Positions 38,933 to 47,713 of a stretch of DNA of 64,000 bases are shown here, one piece after another. The stretch is from positions 352,001 through 416,000 of the forward strand of contig OZ252149.1 of NCBI GenBank assembly GCA_965248755.1. Reading direction: 5' to 3'. The DNA is from Candidatus Latescibacterota bacterium (lineage in GTDB: Bacteria > Latescibacterota > CBDEFO01). The notes under the pieces are model-generated. The model saw nothing but the letters and a program-made list of their open reading frames with translations, was not told the DNA's origin and made no database searches. Each line of letters starts with the position of its first letter. The stretch's first letter is position 1. A program made the position numbers and the translations under genes.

Positions 38933-39556
38933 ATGAATACGGATGATCTGGTGAACCAAGCTAAAAGAATTATTGAAAGCGGGCGGAGAAGCTCGGGTCC
39001 TGGGTTACTTGCAGAAGCGATGGAATTCCATAGAGTTTATTCAGGTGAAAGAAGCTCTTTCTTTAAGAATCTCAGCAAAGTTGATCAAAAACAGCATGAT
39101 GTATACCTTTCACAAATAGTCGTCAGCAATTTAGAAGCATTTATTAGATATGTTGAAAATGGCCTTCTTGAGGGTATTTCAATTGAACGAAAAGCTCAAA
39201 TCGATGTTGTTTCTGACTTCCTCGATCAAGCGAACACTCTCCTAAATTCAAGAGGCGTCCATCCTGCTGCACCAGCCGTAATCAGTGGGGCTGCATTAGA
39301 GGAATTTCTGAGAAATTGGATCGAAGAATCTGATTTGAACCTGGGAGGTAAGAAGCCATGCTTGGATACTTATGCAAAAGTTCTAAGAGAAGAAGGTGTA
39401 ATAACAAAACAAGATGTTAAGGATATTACTTCATGGGGTGGGCTTAGAAATCATGCTGCTCATGGTGAATGGGATGAAGTGAACGATAAAAATCGGATTT
39501 CCATAATGTTAGAAGCTGTAAATCTTTTCATGAGAAAATATGGTGAACCTGCCTAG
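38933..39556 (+). CDS. Hypothetical protein with HEPN-like (DUF4145-like) C-terminal domain
   Basis: AAVISGAALE and RNHAAH (Rx4H) motif; AT-rich. Confidence 0.65.
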   Translation: MNTDDLVNQAKRIIESGRRSSGPGLLAEAMEFHRVYSGERSSFFKNLSKVDQKQHDVYLSQIVVSNLEAFIRYVENGLLEGISIERKAQIDVVSDFLDQANTLLNSRGVHPAAPAVISGAALEEFLRNWIEESDLNLGGKKPCLDTYAKVLREEGVITKQDVKDITSWGGLRNHAAHGEWDEVNDKNRISIMLEAVNLFMRKYGEPA

Positions 39557-39576
39557 CGCCCCCTTGACAATCTGGA

Positions 39577-39900
39577 ATGAGTAAAACATTTCAACTTATC
39601 CTCGATTTGATCGAAAGTCGAGAGGTGAAGATATCAGCTCATGGTTATGATGAATTATCCGAAGACGGCATTCTTGTTATGGACATTGTGACAGGAGTTA
39701 AAGAGGCCATAGTTCTGGAAGATTATCCTCATTATCAAAAAGGACCTTGTGTTCTTGTATTACAAAAAGACCTTCAAGGCGAAGCAATGCATGTGGTATG
39801 GGGTATTCCAAAGAATGCTACTGCTCCGGCTGTTTTGATCACAGCCTACAGACCTGATCCAGAATATTGGTCAAAGAATTTCACAAGGAGGAGATCGTGA
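39577..39900 (+). CDS. DUF4258 family putative toxin
   Basis: [27 protein letters not shown]...F..RR. Confidence 0.85.
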   Translation: MSKTFQLILDLIESREVKISAHGYDELSEDGILVMDIVTGVKEAIVLEDYPHYQKGPCVLVLQKDLQGEAMHVVWGIPKNATAPAVLITAYRPDPEYWSKNFTRRRS

Positions 39901-40112
39901 CAAAAAGACGTCATACAAAGTTAGTCCATGAGGGACAATATGTGGCTGAAGTTGATATCGAATTAGTGGATACAGAAGAAGGTTGGTCACCGTACTTGTC
40001 TCTTGAGGATGCGCAAAAGTTGGATGATGTGAGACAGGCACTCCGTCAGGAAGATGTAAAGACAGCAACAAAACTTGCCCGAGTTTTTACTTTGACTCCC
40101 GTTGCAACTTAA
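39897..40112 (+). CDS. Small partner protein of DUF4258 (putative antitoxin)
   Basis: GTG overlapping upstream [26 protein letters not shown]...[10 protein letters not shown]. Confidence 0.7.
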   Translation: MTKRRHTKLVHEGQYVAEVDIELVDTEEGWSPYLSLEDAQKLDDVRQALRQEDVKTATKLARVFTLTPVAT

Positions 40113-40194
40113 TGGCAACGGATTTATACTCAATACTAATGCTTTGATTAGGAGACGTTAGGTAGGCAACACAAATAATGACAGTTGCTTCATA

Positions 40195-40429
40195 ATGCCT
40201 ACTGTCCTGAGAATAGGACCTTATCGCTTTTCCTTGTATCACTTGCTCGTGGTGAGCCACCGCACATTCATGTGAGACGCGAGAACATGGTGGCAAAATT
40301 CTGGCTGGTCCGGTAGCCCTCCAACAGACGGGCGGATACAGCCGGATGGAACTCAACACCATCGCGAGCTTGGTACACGAGTATCGCGACACGTTGCTGG
40401 AGAGCTGGTATGACTTCTTTGGTCGGTGA
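40195..40429 (+). pseudogene. DUF4160 family toxin, frameshifted
   Basis: MPTVLRIGPYRF...EPPHIHV...AKFWL...LLESWYDFFG spread over shifted frames. Confidence 0.75.
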
Positions 40430-40723
40430 TATGCAGGATGCCCGTGCACAACAGGTCAACGTGAGTGATGATGCACTGACGGTGGACCTGGTGGATGGCC
40501 CTAGTATTCTTGTGCCCTTGGTCTGATACCCTCGTTTATGGCATGGGACACTACAGGAACACAACCATTTCGAAATCTTCGCGGATGGGGCATTCATCCA
40601 CTGGCCAGACTTAGATGAGGATTTGCGTGTAGTGGGCTTTTAGCAGGTCGCCCCTCCGGCGAGAGTCCCCAATCCTTGAAAACATTTCTCGATGCCCGGA
40701 ATCCACAGGACAAGCAGGCCTAA
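40410..40723 (+). pseudogene. DUF2442 family antitoxin, in-frame stop and frameshift
   Basis: LTVDLVDG..I.VPLV*YPRL...IHWPDLDEDL. Confidence 0.75.
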
Positions 40724-40769
40724 GTGATGATTCGTTGTCTGGTAAGAGATTTCTCACAGGGTAGTTAAT

Positions 40770-41516
40770 ATGAACAAGGATATAACACCCATACTTGAAG
40801 GATGGGACTACAAATCCGATCAAATATCCGTCAGAAAGATAAAGGGGAGCGACGGCAAAGAGAAGATACAGTTGCGCATCAGTATGGGACTCAGGCAGAT
40901 GGAGGTGTCGGGAAGACCTGACGGACGGAGGCCATACGGCAAGGAGTCCCTCTTGGAATATTATCTTTCCTCCATCGAACAGTATAGAGCCAAATATGGA
41001 ACAGAAGAGGGATTCGGACTGGATAGCAACGATTGCGCCAAACTCCAGTGTGAAGCCATACAATACTACTACAGATACCTGAGCTTACTCGGTCTTGAGG
41101 AATACGAAGGCGTAGAAAGAGACACACAAAGAAACTTGAAGGTCTTCGACTTTGTAAAAAAATACGCCGTTAATAAGGACGACAAATGGGAGTTTCAACA
41201 ATACAGGCCCTACGTAATAATGATGAACACCAAAGCTAAGGGCTCCATCCGCCTTCAGAAAAAGGATTACAAGCAAGCAATGCAAACCATAGAAAACGGA
41301 ATACTAGAGATTGAATGCTTCTTCAGAGAATACAAGAAAGAGGATGAAATTGAAACAAGCTGGGAGATAGCCTTTCTGAAAAACTGGGCAGAAGACGTGC
41401 AATGCACGAGGCCGCAGAGTCCAAAAGCAGATCTTGAAGAACAGCTCAAACACGCCGTGGCCAATCAAGAATTTGAAAGAGCCGCCCAAATAAGAGATAA
41501 AATAAGAAAGATGTGA
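40770..41516 (+). CDS. UvrB/UvrC-motif-containing conserved protein
   Basis: GRPDGRRP, EAIQYYYRY, RDT.RNL; C-terminal LKHAVANQEFERAAQIRDKI UVR motif. Confidence 0.85.
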   Translation: MNKDITPILEGWDYKSDQISVRKIKGSDGKEKIQLRISMGLRQMEVSGRPDGRRPYGKESLLEYYLSSIEQYRAKYGTEEGFGLDSNDCAKLQCEAIQYYYRYLSLLGLEEYEGVERDTQRNLKVFDFVKKYAVNKDDKWEFQQYRPYVIMMNTKAKGSIRLQKKDYKQAMQTIENGILEIECFFREYKKEDEIETSWEIAFLKNWAEDVQCTRPQSPKADLEEQLKHAVANQEFERAAQIRDKIRKM

Positions 41517-41589
41517 TAAGCACAAATTCAACTTTGCTTTAGTGCGAAGTTTTGCTATTTTGCACGGAGAAATACGATCTATCGATATT

Positions 41590-41963
41590 ATGGACATCAC
41601 GGTCGATATGGGCGTTGTAAGACTCGCCGAGAAAGAAAGAATATTCCCCCAGTTGTTCGAGATCCTCGACGAAATAGATATTCCCTCCTTTCACGAATAT
41701 GTGCTTCCAGCCAACACTACTGTAGAGATCCACTACCACGACTTCGACCAATACTGGCTCTTTAGAGAGGGGACTCCCGAGGTCACACTCAGACACCCCG
41801 ATGGGACAAAGAAGGTCTATCAATTAGAGCCCGGAGAGCTCGTAGTCGCCGCCTATAGGGGATAGAGCACACGCTTCATGCCGATCATACGCTCAAATAC
41901 TGCCAGTTTTCGGGAATCAAACGCCCCGGAATCAGACCCGGTCATCTGGTCAGAGAAATGTGA
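41590..41963 (+). pseudogene. Cupin-like protein with frameshift in a G run near 41860
   Basis: HYHDFDQYW..EG, then GIEHT...RPGHL continues in another frame to TGA 41963. Confidence 0.55.
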
Positions 41964-42216
41964 ACTGCCCATACGGATAGAGCCTTGAGATAAGAGACTG
42001 TCAGAATTCCTTTGATAGCGGTATCCTCACCAATTATCCACACATAAAGTGAAGGCACGGCGAGCCTGCCGCCTTCGGCGCGTCTCGACATCAGCGCTCC
42101 GGTGTGGGACTTCAAACCCCACCCCTGGGAGCTATCCGCCGCAAGCCCCAGATGACAGAATACCGTTATTTGTGAGTGGAGGCATTCCCCCAAACATTCT
42201 ACAACAGGAGATCCAA

Positions 42217-43263
42217 TTGCCTGTATTCAAGGTCGAAGAGTTAACCCAAATCACGGAACAGATAATCAGGGCGACAGGAGCGTCAAAGGAGACAGCCCGA
42301 GTAGTATCACGAGTCCTGGTAAACTCCAACCTTACAGGACACGATTCCCACGGAGTCATAAGGATCCCCCGGTACATCAAGTTCATAAAAGAGGGTGGCA
42401 TAATCCCACAGGCAGAGACACAGATAGACACAGAGACTCCGAGTACAGCCCTCTTAGACGGAAACTGGGGGTTTGGACATCCCACAGGTATTAAGGCGAT
42501 GGAGATCGCCGTCCAGAAAGCAAAAGAATGCTCAATCAGCGCAGTCGGAAGCTTCAACTCCAACCATGTTGGAAGGCTCGGCGAGTACACCCCTATCGCA
42601 TCAAAAGAAGGGATGATCGGGGTTATGATGGTCAACAACCACGGCGCCGGGCAATTTATGTCTCCCTGGGGCGGAAAAGAAAGGAGGCTTTCTCCGAATC
42701 CTATCAGCATATCCGTTCCCACAGTGGACAAGGGGCACATAACGCTGGACATAAGCTGCAGCGTCGTGGCTGAGGGCAAGATCATAGTTCAGAGGAACAG
42801 AAACGAACGCACTCCAAAGGGATGGATCATCGACTCAGAGGGCAATCCCACAACAGACCCAGAGGACTTCTACGGTCCTCCCCAGGGATCCGTTCTGCCC
42901 TTGGGGGACATAGCTGGACATAAGGGCTTCGGACTTGCCTTTATGATCGACATCCTGTCGGGAGCCCTCACGGGAGCCGGATGCAGTCAGGCTAATTCTC
43001 CCCTGAAAGGAGCAAACGGGATCTTTGCGATGGCCATAGATATATCCAGCTTCAAGCCCCTCGACTACTTCACAGAGCAGGTCCAGAGCCTAAAAGACTA
43101 CGTTAAGAGCTCCCGGCTTGCGCCCGGATTCGACGAAATACTCATCCCCGGAGAAAAAGGAGAGAGAGAACGCCAGAAGAGACAAGAAAAAGGCATTTTT
43201 GTGGAAGCTGATACCTGGAAGCAGATAAGAGAGGCAGCGGCATCGCTAGGTCTTGAAGTGTAA
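42217..43263 (+). CDS. Ldh_2 family (malate/L-lactate/ureidoglycolate-type) dehydrogenase
   Basis: GHDSHG, DGNWGFG, HVGRLG, NPIS, GHKGFGL, IPGE; AGGAG RBS before TTG 42217. Confidence 0.9.
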   Translation: MPVFKVEELTQITEQIIRATGASKETARVVSRVLVNSNLTGHDSHGVIRIPRYIKFIKEGGIIPQAETQIDTETPSTALLDGNWGFGHPTGIKAMEIAVQKAKECSISAVGSFNSNHVGRLGEYTPIASKEGMIGVMMVNNHGAGQFMSPWGGKERRLSPNPISISVPTVDKGHITLDISCSVVAEGKIIVQRNRNERTPKGWIIDSEGNPTTDPEDFYGPPQGSVLPLGDIAGHKGFGLAFMIDILSGALTGAGCSQANSPLKGANGIFAMAIDISSFKPLDYFTEQVQSLKDYVKSSRLAPGFDEILIPGEKGERERQKRQEKGIFVEADTWKQIREAAASLGLEV

Positions 43264-43685
43264 TAAAGAGCCCATAAAATAGCAGCAAAATGCTAATTCA
43301 CTGAAAGCTGAGATTTGGCACGTTCGATTTTGGAGCTTTTCGTTTCGACAATTGACCGTTGAACGGTGTTGGCACTCTTTTCACCACTTAAGGCGTGATA
43401 CGACCGAAAATAGGCCGAAAACAGCTCTTAAGCTCAAATACCTTTATTTGTATAGGATAAATGAATTAGAGTACGTGAGTCTGTACTGCATCTGGAAAGA
43501 GTATGATTGCTTGTTAGCAAAAACCGGCAGCTTCAAAAGCGGTATTCCGGTAGCGAACGCCATAGGTGGCTCAAAGCTCCCATGGCCCTTCACTACGATA
43601 AAATTGCCTCTACACCAAGCATGCAAATCCCCAGAAATTCAGTCTATTTCCCTATTTAATTAAATATGATTGTACGGAGAGTTAG

Positions 43686-45114
43686 ATGCTGAAAATATTG
43701 TTGATTACGCCCCCTATGCATTCGCTCTATCACGCCACCCGTGTCATCCTCCCACCCTTGGGATTACTCTACATTGCGAGCAAACTTGATGCAGATGGTC
43801 ACGAGGTCGAAGTGAGGGATATGACCTTCTTATGAGGGAACTGAATCGTACGACGGGTTCGACCTGGTGGGCATTACGTGCACCACGGCGCAGTATCCTT
43901 CGGTGCTTGAGTATGCCCGTAAAGCTCACGATGCTGGCTGCCGTGTATTGCTGGGTGGAACGCATGTGACCTTTACAACTCAGACGACCCTCAAGCTCGA
44001 CTTTGTCGATTTTGTTATCCGCGGCGAGGGAGAGCTTGCTGCTTCTGCTCTGGCGCGGGAACTTGCCAAAAAGGGCACGCGCTTCGATCCCGCAAAAGTA
44101 CCGAGCCTGTCGTGGTACGATAAAGAAGATGGCGTCGTGGTGGACAATCCGCAGCGTCCCGATATAGAGGCAGTCGATAATCTGCCGGGTCCGGCGCGTC
44201 ACCTTTTGAACATGGAACCTTATAAAGCCACGCGGCTGAGGGGGGTGCCGGTGACCAGTGTGATCACCAGCCGCGGTTGTCCGTACGCCTGCACGTTCTG
44301 TTCTGTGCCGACTTTGTATCAAAAGAGGAAATGGCGCTCGCGCGAGGCACAACTTTCAGTCGACGAGATGGAGCGATTGGTGGAAGAATTTGGATTTAAG
44401 GGCGTATTACTGGTCGACGACCTTTTAACAACGAATGTCAAGCGCATTCATGATCTCTGCGCAGAGATCATCGAACGCAAATTGCAGGTTTACTGGTGGT
44501 GCCAATCTCGAGCTGATATTCTGGTCAAACATCCTGACCTTGTGGAACACATGGCCAAGGCTGGCTGCTCCAATGTCTTTCTTGGAGTTGAATCGGGAAA
44601 TGAGCACGTTCTCAAGTACTGCAACAAAGCGATGAAACTCGATACAGGAATACTAGCGGTTGAGCTTTTGCGCCATCACGGCATCCGAGCGCTCACCTCG
44701 TTTATTATCGGTTTTATGTACGAGACCGAAGCGGACATCGATCGCACCATCGCGTACGCCAGGCAACTGGACGCCCATCAAGCTCAATTTTCTATTTTGA
44801 CGCCTTACCCCGGGACGGTGGACTGGGACAGAACTAAAGATCGTATCTTCGACGACAACTGGGCGAATGTTTCCGGAACCAACACAGTCTTTCATCGAGA
44901 TAGTGTACCGGCAGAACTCATCGAGGAGAAGATAAAGAAAGCGTACCTTTCGTTCTATAACCCCCTGAGACGTTTGGATCGGGTCGTAAAAGGCATCTCT
45001 GGCTTGAGCCTGAAAGGACTGTGGAACGTCTGGCAGACACTTGGGGTCGAAGATCAGGTACAAAACCTCGATCCCTGTCTCCAACTTGACCGCACTTGCC
45101 ACGCCGAATCGTGA
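43686..45114 (+). pseudogene. B12-binding (class B) radical SAM protein, +1 frameshift near 43830
   Basis: MLKILLITPP...PPLGLLYIAS (43686-43835) then shifted frame with GGTH, GEGE, SRGCPYACTFC, GVESG, TPYPGT; possible second shift near 45060 extending to 45180. Confidence 0.8.
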
Positions 45115-45185
45115 AGAATTCTTCAGCACACTGCAAGAAAGAGTGGAAAGAGACGACCCGGAATTAGATCCAGTCATCTGATCAG

Positions 45186-45242
45186 AGAGCCGAAGCCGTA
45201 ACTTAGAGCTGAAGCCGTAACTTAGAGCCGAAGCCGTAACTT
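45186..45242. repeat. 19-bp tandem repeat x3 (AGAGCCGAAGCCGTAACTT)
   Basis: Units at 45186, 45205 (1 mismatch) and 45224, between convergent radical SAM genes. Confidence 0.9.
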
Positions 45243-45254
45243 GTCAAGGCAAAG

Positions 45255-47036
45255 CTATAAAGTGGATCTCTTGGACTTACACGAAGCTATAACCTTCTGC
45301 GCCTCTTCTATAAAGCTATTGTAAACATCCTCCACCTGCCCCTGATAGTCGCCTTTGATCTTTCGGTATCGTTTCTTTGCCCCTTTAATTAGTTCCCTCC
45401 CGAATTCCCACATGTCAGCTGAAGACGTTTCGTATCCCTTTATCAACTGATCGTAACTCTTACTCAACTGTTTTAACGACTTATCCAGGTAGGAATTCAA
45501 CTCGTGCACGTCAGACGCCTGCTGAGTAATTGTAATCAAATGATGGCCGAAGATAGCGCTCCTGATAGCTGAAGGAAAATCCTTCAGATTGTATATACAG
45601 ACCTTAGCTAGAAACGACCAATATTGCCACTTGTAGTTCCCCCTAAGGCCCTGTCTATAGATAGAATTGAACAATCCTCTAATTTCAGTTTTCCCGACCG
45701 GAGGAATAACAATCGGTGCTCTTTCCTTAATCTTCAAATACTGCAGAGCGCGCTTGAAGTAAACTTTGGGGCTGTTTAGGGTCTCTACAATCTTCTTGTG
45801 ACGCCCCATTATCACGCTGGGATCTATCTGGTTGCCATCTCTGTCGTGAGGTATGTAGCTCAACTGGTCTGTAAAGATTCCCGAATTCCCCGTGTACAGC
45901 TTGTCGGTCAATCTACCTGCTCTATCATACCTTATATAGTCAGGTGTGCCCCTCATAACCCCTAAAGGCCCGACCATAGCTACTTCGATATTGACGCTGT
46001 TGATAAAATCGATCATTATTTCGGATATATCATCCGGATCGGTGTCGAAGCCGACTATAAAACCCGCCCAGACTTTAAAGTACCTCTTTTCGATCTCGAG
46101 GACCTTTTCAAGCATTGATTTCCCCTTGACCAGGTTCTTTTGAGCGCCCATAAATTTGAGACTTTCCGCCGACGGAGATTCCAATCCGATAAAGACGGAA
46201 TCGAATCCCGCCTGATACATGGCCTCCATCAAATCGGGATTATCGTACATTTTCAGGCTGGCTTGAGTATAAAAATGAAAGGGATAGCAGCGCTCTTTTT
46301 GCCAGGGGATGATTTTTTCTAACTTCATCAAAACTTCCTCCTGATTACCCACGAAATTATCGTCGGCGAACATAACAGATCCACGCCATCCCAACTCATA
46401 AAGATAGTCCATTTCTCGGATAACCAACTCCTCTGTCTTCAGCCGGGTCGTCCTTCCATAGAGTCCCGGGATGTCGCAAAAAGTACATTTTTCAGGACAG
46501 CCGCGGGTAAGCTGAATAATCATGCCAACATAATCGGATAAATCAAGTAGATCGTACCTCGGGAGTGGAACCTCCTCTAAACTTCGGAACTGGCCTTTCG
46601 TATCTATTACGCTCCTTTTGATCTCCCCAGGTGAGTACAACATCTCCTCCAGGGCATCGGCAAACCCATTTTCCGCCTCGCCTAAGAAAAAAGTAGCGTT
46701 GCCCTCTATCAAATCGTGGTACTGGGTCGGATAGGGTCCACCCAGCATGATCGGAGTTTCCAGACGATTACACCTCTGAATTATTCCCCTTACAGACTCT
46801 TTATGAATTATCATCGAAGAACATAAAACCGCGTCCGCTCCTTCAATCGCTTCGTCCGTGAGCGGTTCAACATTCATATCGATCAGTCTTGGATTATACC
46901 CTTCGGGCAGCAGCGCGGCCACCCCCAATAATCCTAACGGGGGCTGAGCCGCTTTTTTTCCCAGCAGCTTCAAAGATTCAGTAAAGCTCCAAAAGGTAAT
47001 AGGGTTTTCTGGATAGACCAACAGTATATTGGGCAT
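45255..47036 (-). CDS. B12-binding radical SAM protein with DUF4070-type C-terminus (Mss/HpnP-like family)
   Basis: LLVYPENPITFWSF...PPLGLL, RGCPEKCTFCDI, DDNF.GN, FIGLESP, GFIVGFDTD, FGHH. Confidence 0.85.
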   Translation of the reverse strand: MPNILLVYPENPITFWSFTESLKLLGKKAAQPPLGLLGVAALLPEGYNPRLIDMNVEPLTDEAIEGADAVLCSSMIIHKESVRGIIQRCNRLETPIMLGGPYPTQYHDLIEGNATFFLGEAENGFADALEEMLYSPGEIKRSVIDTKGQFRSLEEVPLPRYDLLDLSDYVGMIIQLTRGCPEKCTFCDIPGLYGRTTRLKTEELVIREMDYLYELGWRGSVMFADDNFVGNQEEVLMKLEKIIPWQKERCYPFHFYTQASLKMYDNPDLMEAMYQAGFDSVFIGLESPSAESLKFMGAQKNLVKGKSMLEKVLEIEKRYFKVWAGFIVGFDTDPDDISEIMIDFINSVNIEVAMVGPLGVMRGTPDYIRYDRAGRLTDKLYTGNSGIFTDQLSYIPHDRDGNQIDPSVIMGRHKKIVETLNSPKVYFKRALQYLKIKERAPIVIPPVGKTEIRGLFNSIYRQGLRGNYKWQYWSFLAKVCIYNLKDFPSAIRSAIFGHHLITITQQASDVHELNSYLDKSLKQLSKSYDQLIKGYETSSADMWEFGRELIKGAKKRYRKIKGDYQGQVEDVYNSFIEEAQKVIASCKSKRSTL

Positions 47037-47221
47037 TTTTCTGCAATCCTTTATCTAAAATCCTTTAAAATACCTAAAAAAACCAAAGCATCTTGTTACT
47101 TGAAGGACAAAAGTATCGATACGCTGATTCTAAAGTTCGTAATATAACACTATGGCGATGCAAAGTCAAGCAAAAGTTTAAGAGCATAAGACACTAAATA
47201 TCAATCACTTTACTGTGCCAC

Positions 47222-47499
47222 ACCATTCAACCCACATTCTGACCGAAAAGACGTGTAAAACGCCTGTTAAGTGAAAATGCTTTTGTTCTGTCTCTACAAA
47301 ATAATATAATTTGTATAATGTTAAGCTGCGCACAACAACTATCGATAGAGATAGAAAATGCCAATTTAACATTTATCAGAACCATTAGCAATTACCTCAA
47401 TTGTTCCAAACCGTTCAACCCACAATCTGACCGAAAAGACGTGTAAAACGCCTGTTAAGTGGAAATACTTTTGTTCTGTCTCTGTAAACAGATATAATT
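47222..47499 (+). repeat. 90-bp direct repeat x2 (47222-47311, 47410-47499), each ending in a TATAAT box
   Basis: Shared core tctgaccgaaaagacgtgtaaaacgcctgttaagtg identical in both copies; offset 188 bp. Confidence 0.85.
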
Positions 47500-47713
47500 A
47501 CCACAAGTACACGCACCGATGGAAATAGCAACTATTAGCAGTGAAAGCTAACGAAGTTGAGCCTGATCAGTTTCATAAAAGTAGGGAAACCTTAAAAAGT
47601 AGGTAAAGAGACGTATTATTTTGACATATTAGCAGAAAAAGAGCAAGAAACGACAGTAGACAACCAACAGTAGACAACCAGTAGACAACCTTAATAGAGA
47701 AGAGAGGTGCAAT

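Noticed and set aside
13271..40527. Alternative genetic code or selenocysteine suggested by in-frame TGA codons (13271, about 40525, also 2168)
   Set aside because: Many intact genes end in TGA, the affected genes carry other lesions, and the 40525 site is a conserved Trp position
42049..42216. N-terminal extension of the Ldh_2 ORF
   Set aside because: Non-homologous hairpin-rich sequence; RBS and family alignment favour TTG 42217
43815..43836. prfB-type programmed +1 frameshift
   Set aside because: Site is TTA-TGA, not CTT-TGA, and the SD-like AGGGA is too far upstream; not supported, though not formally excluded
45186..45242. Possible mini-CRISPR
   Set aside because: Units are contiguous with no spacers, and no cas genes are in the window
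47222..47499. Possible CRISPR repeat pair or MITE ends
   Set aside because: Only two 90-bp direct copies, too long for CRISPR repeats, with no inverted termini or TSD
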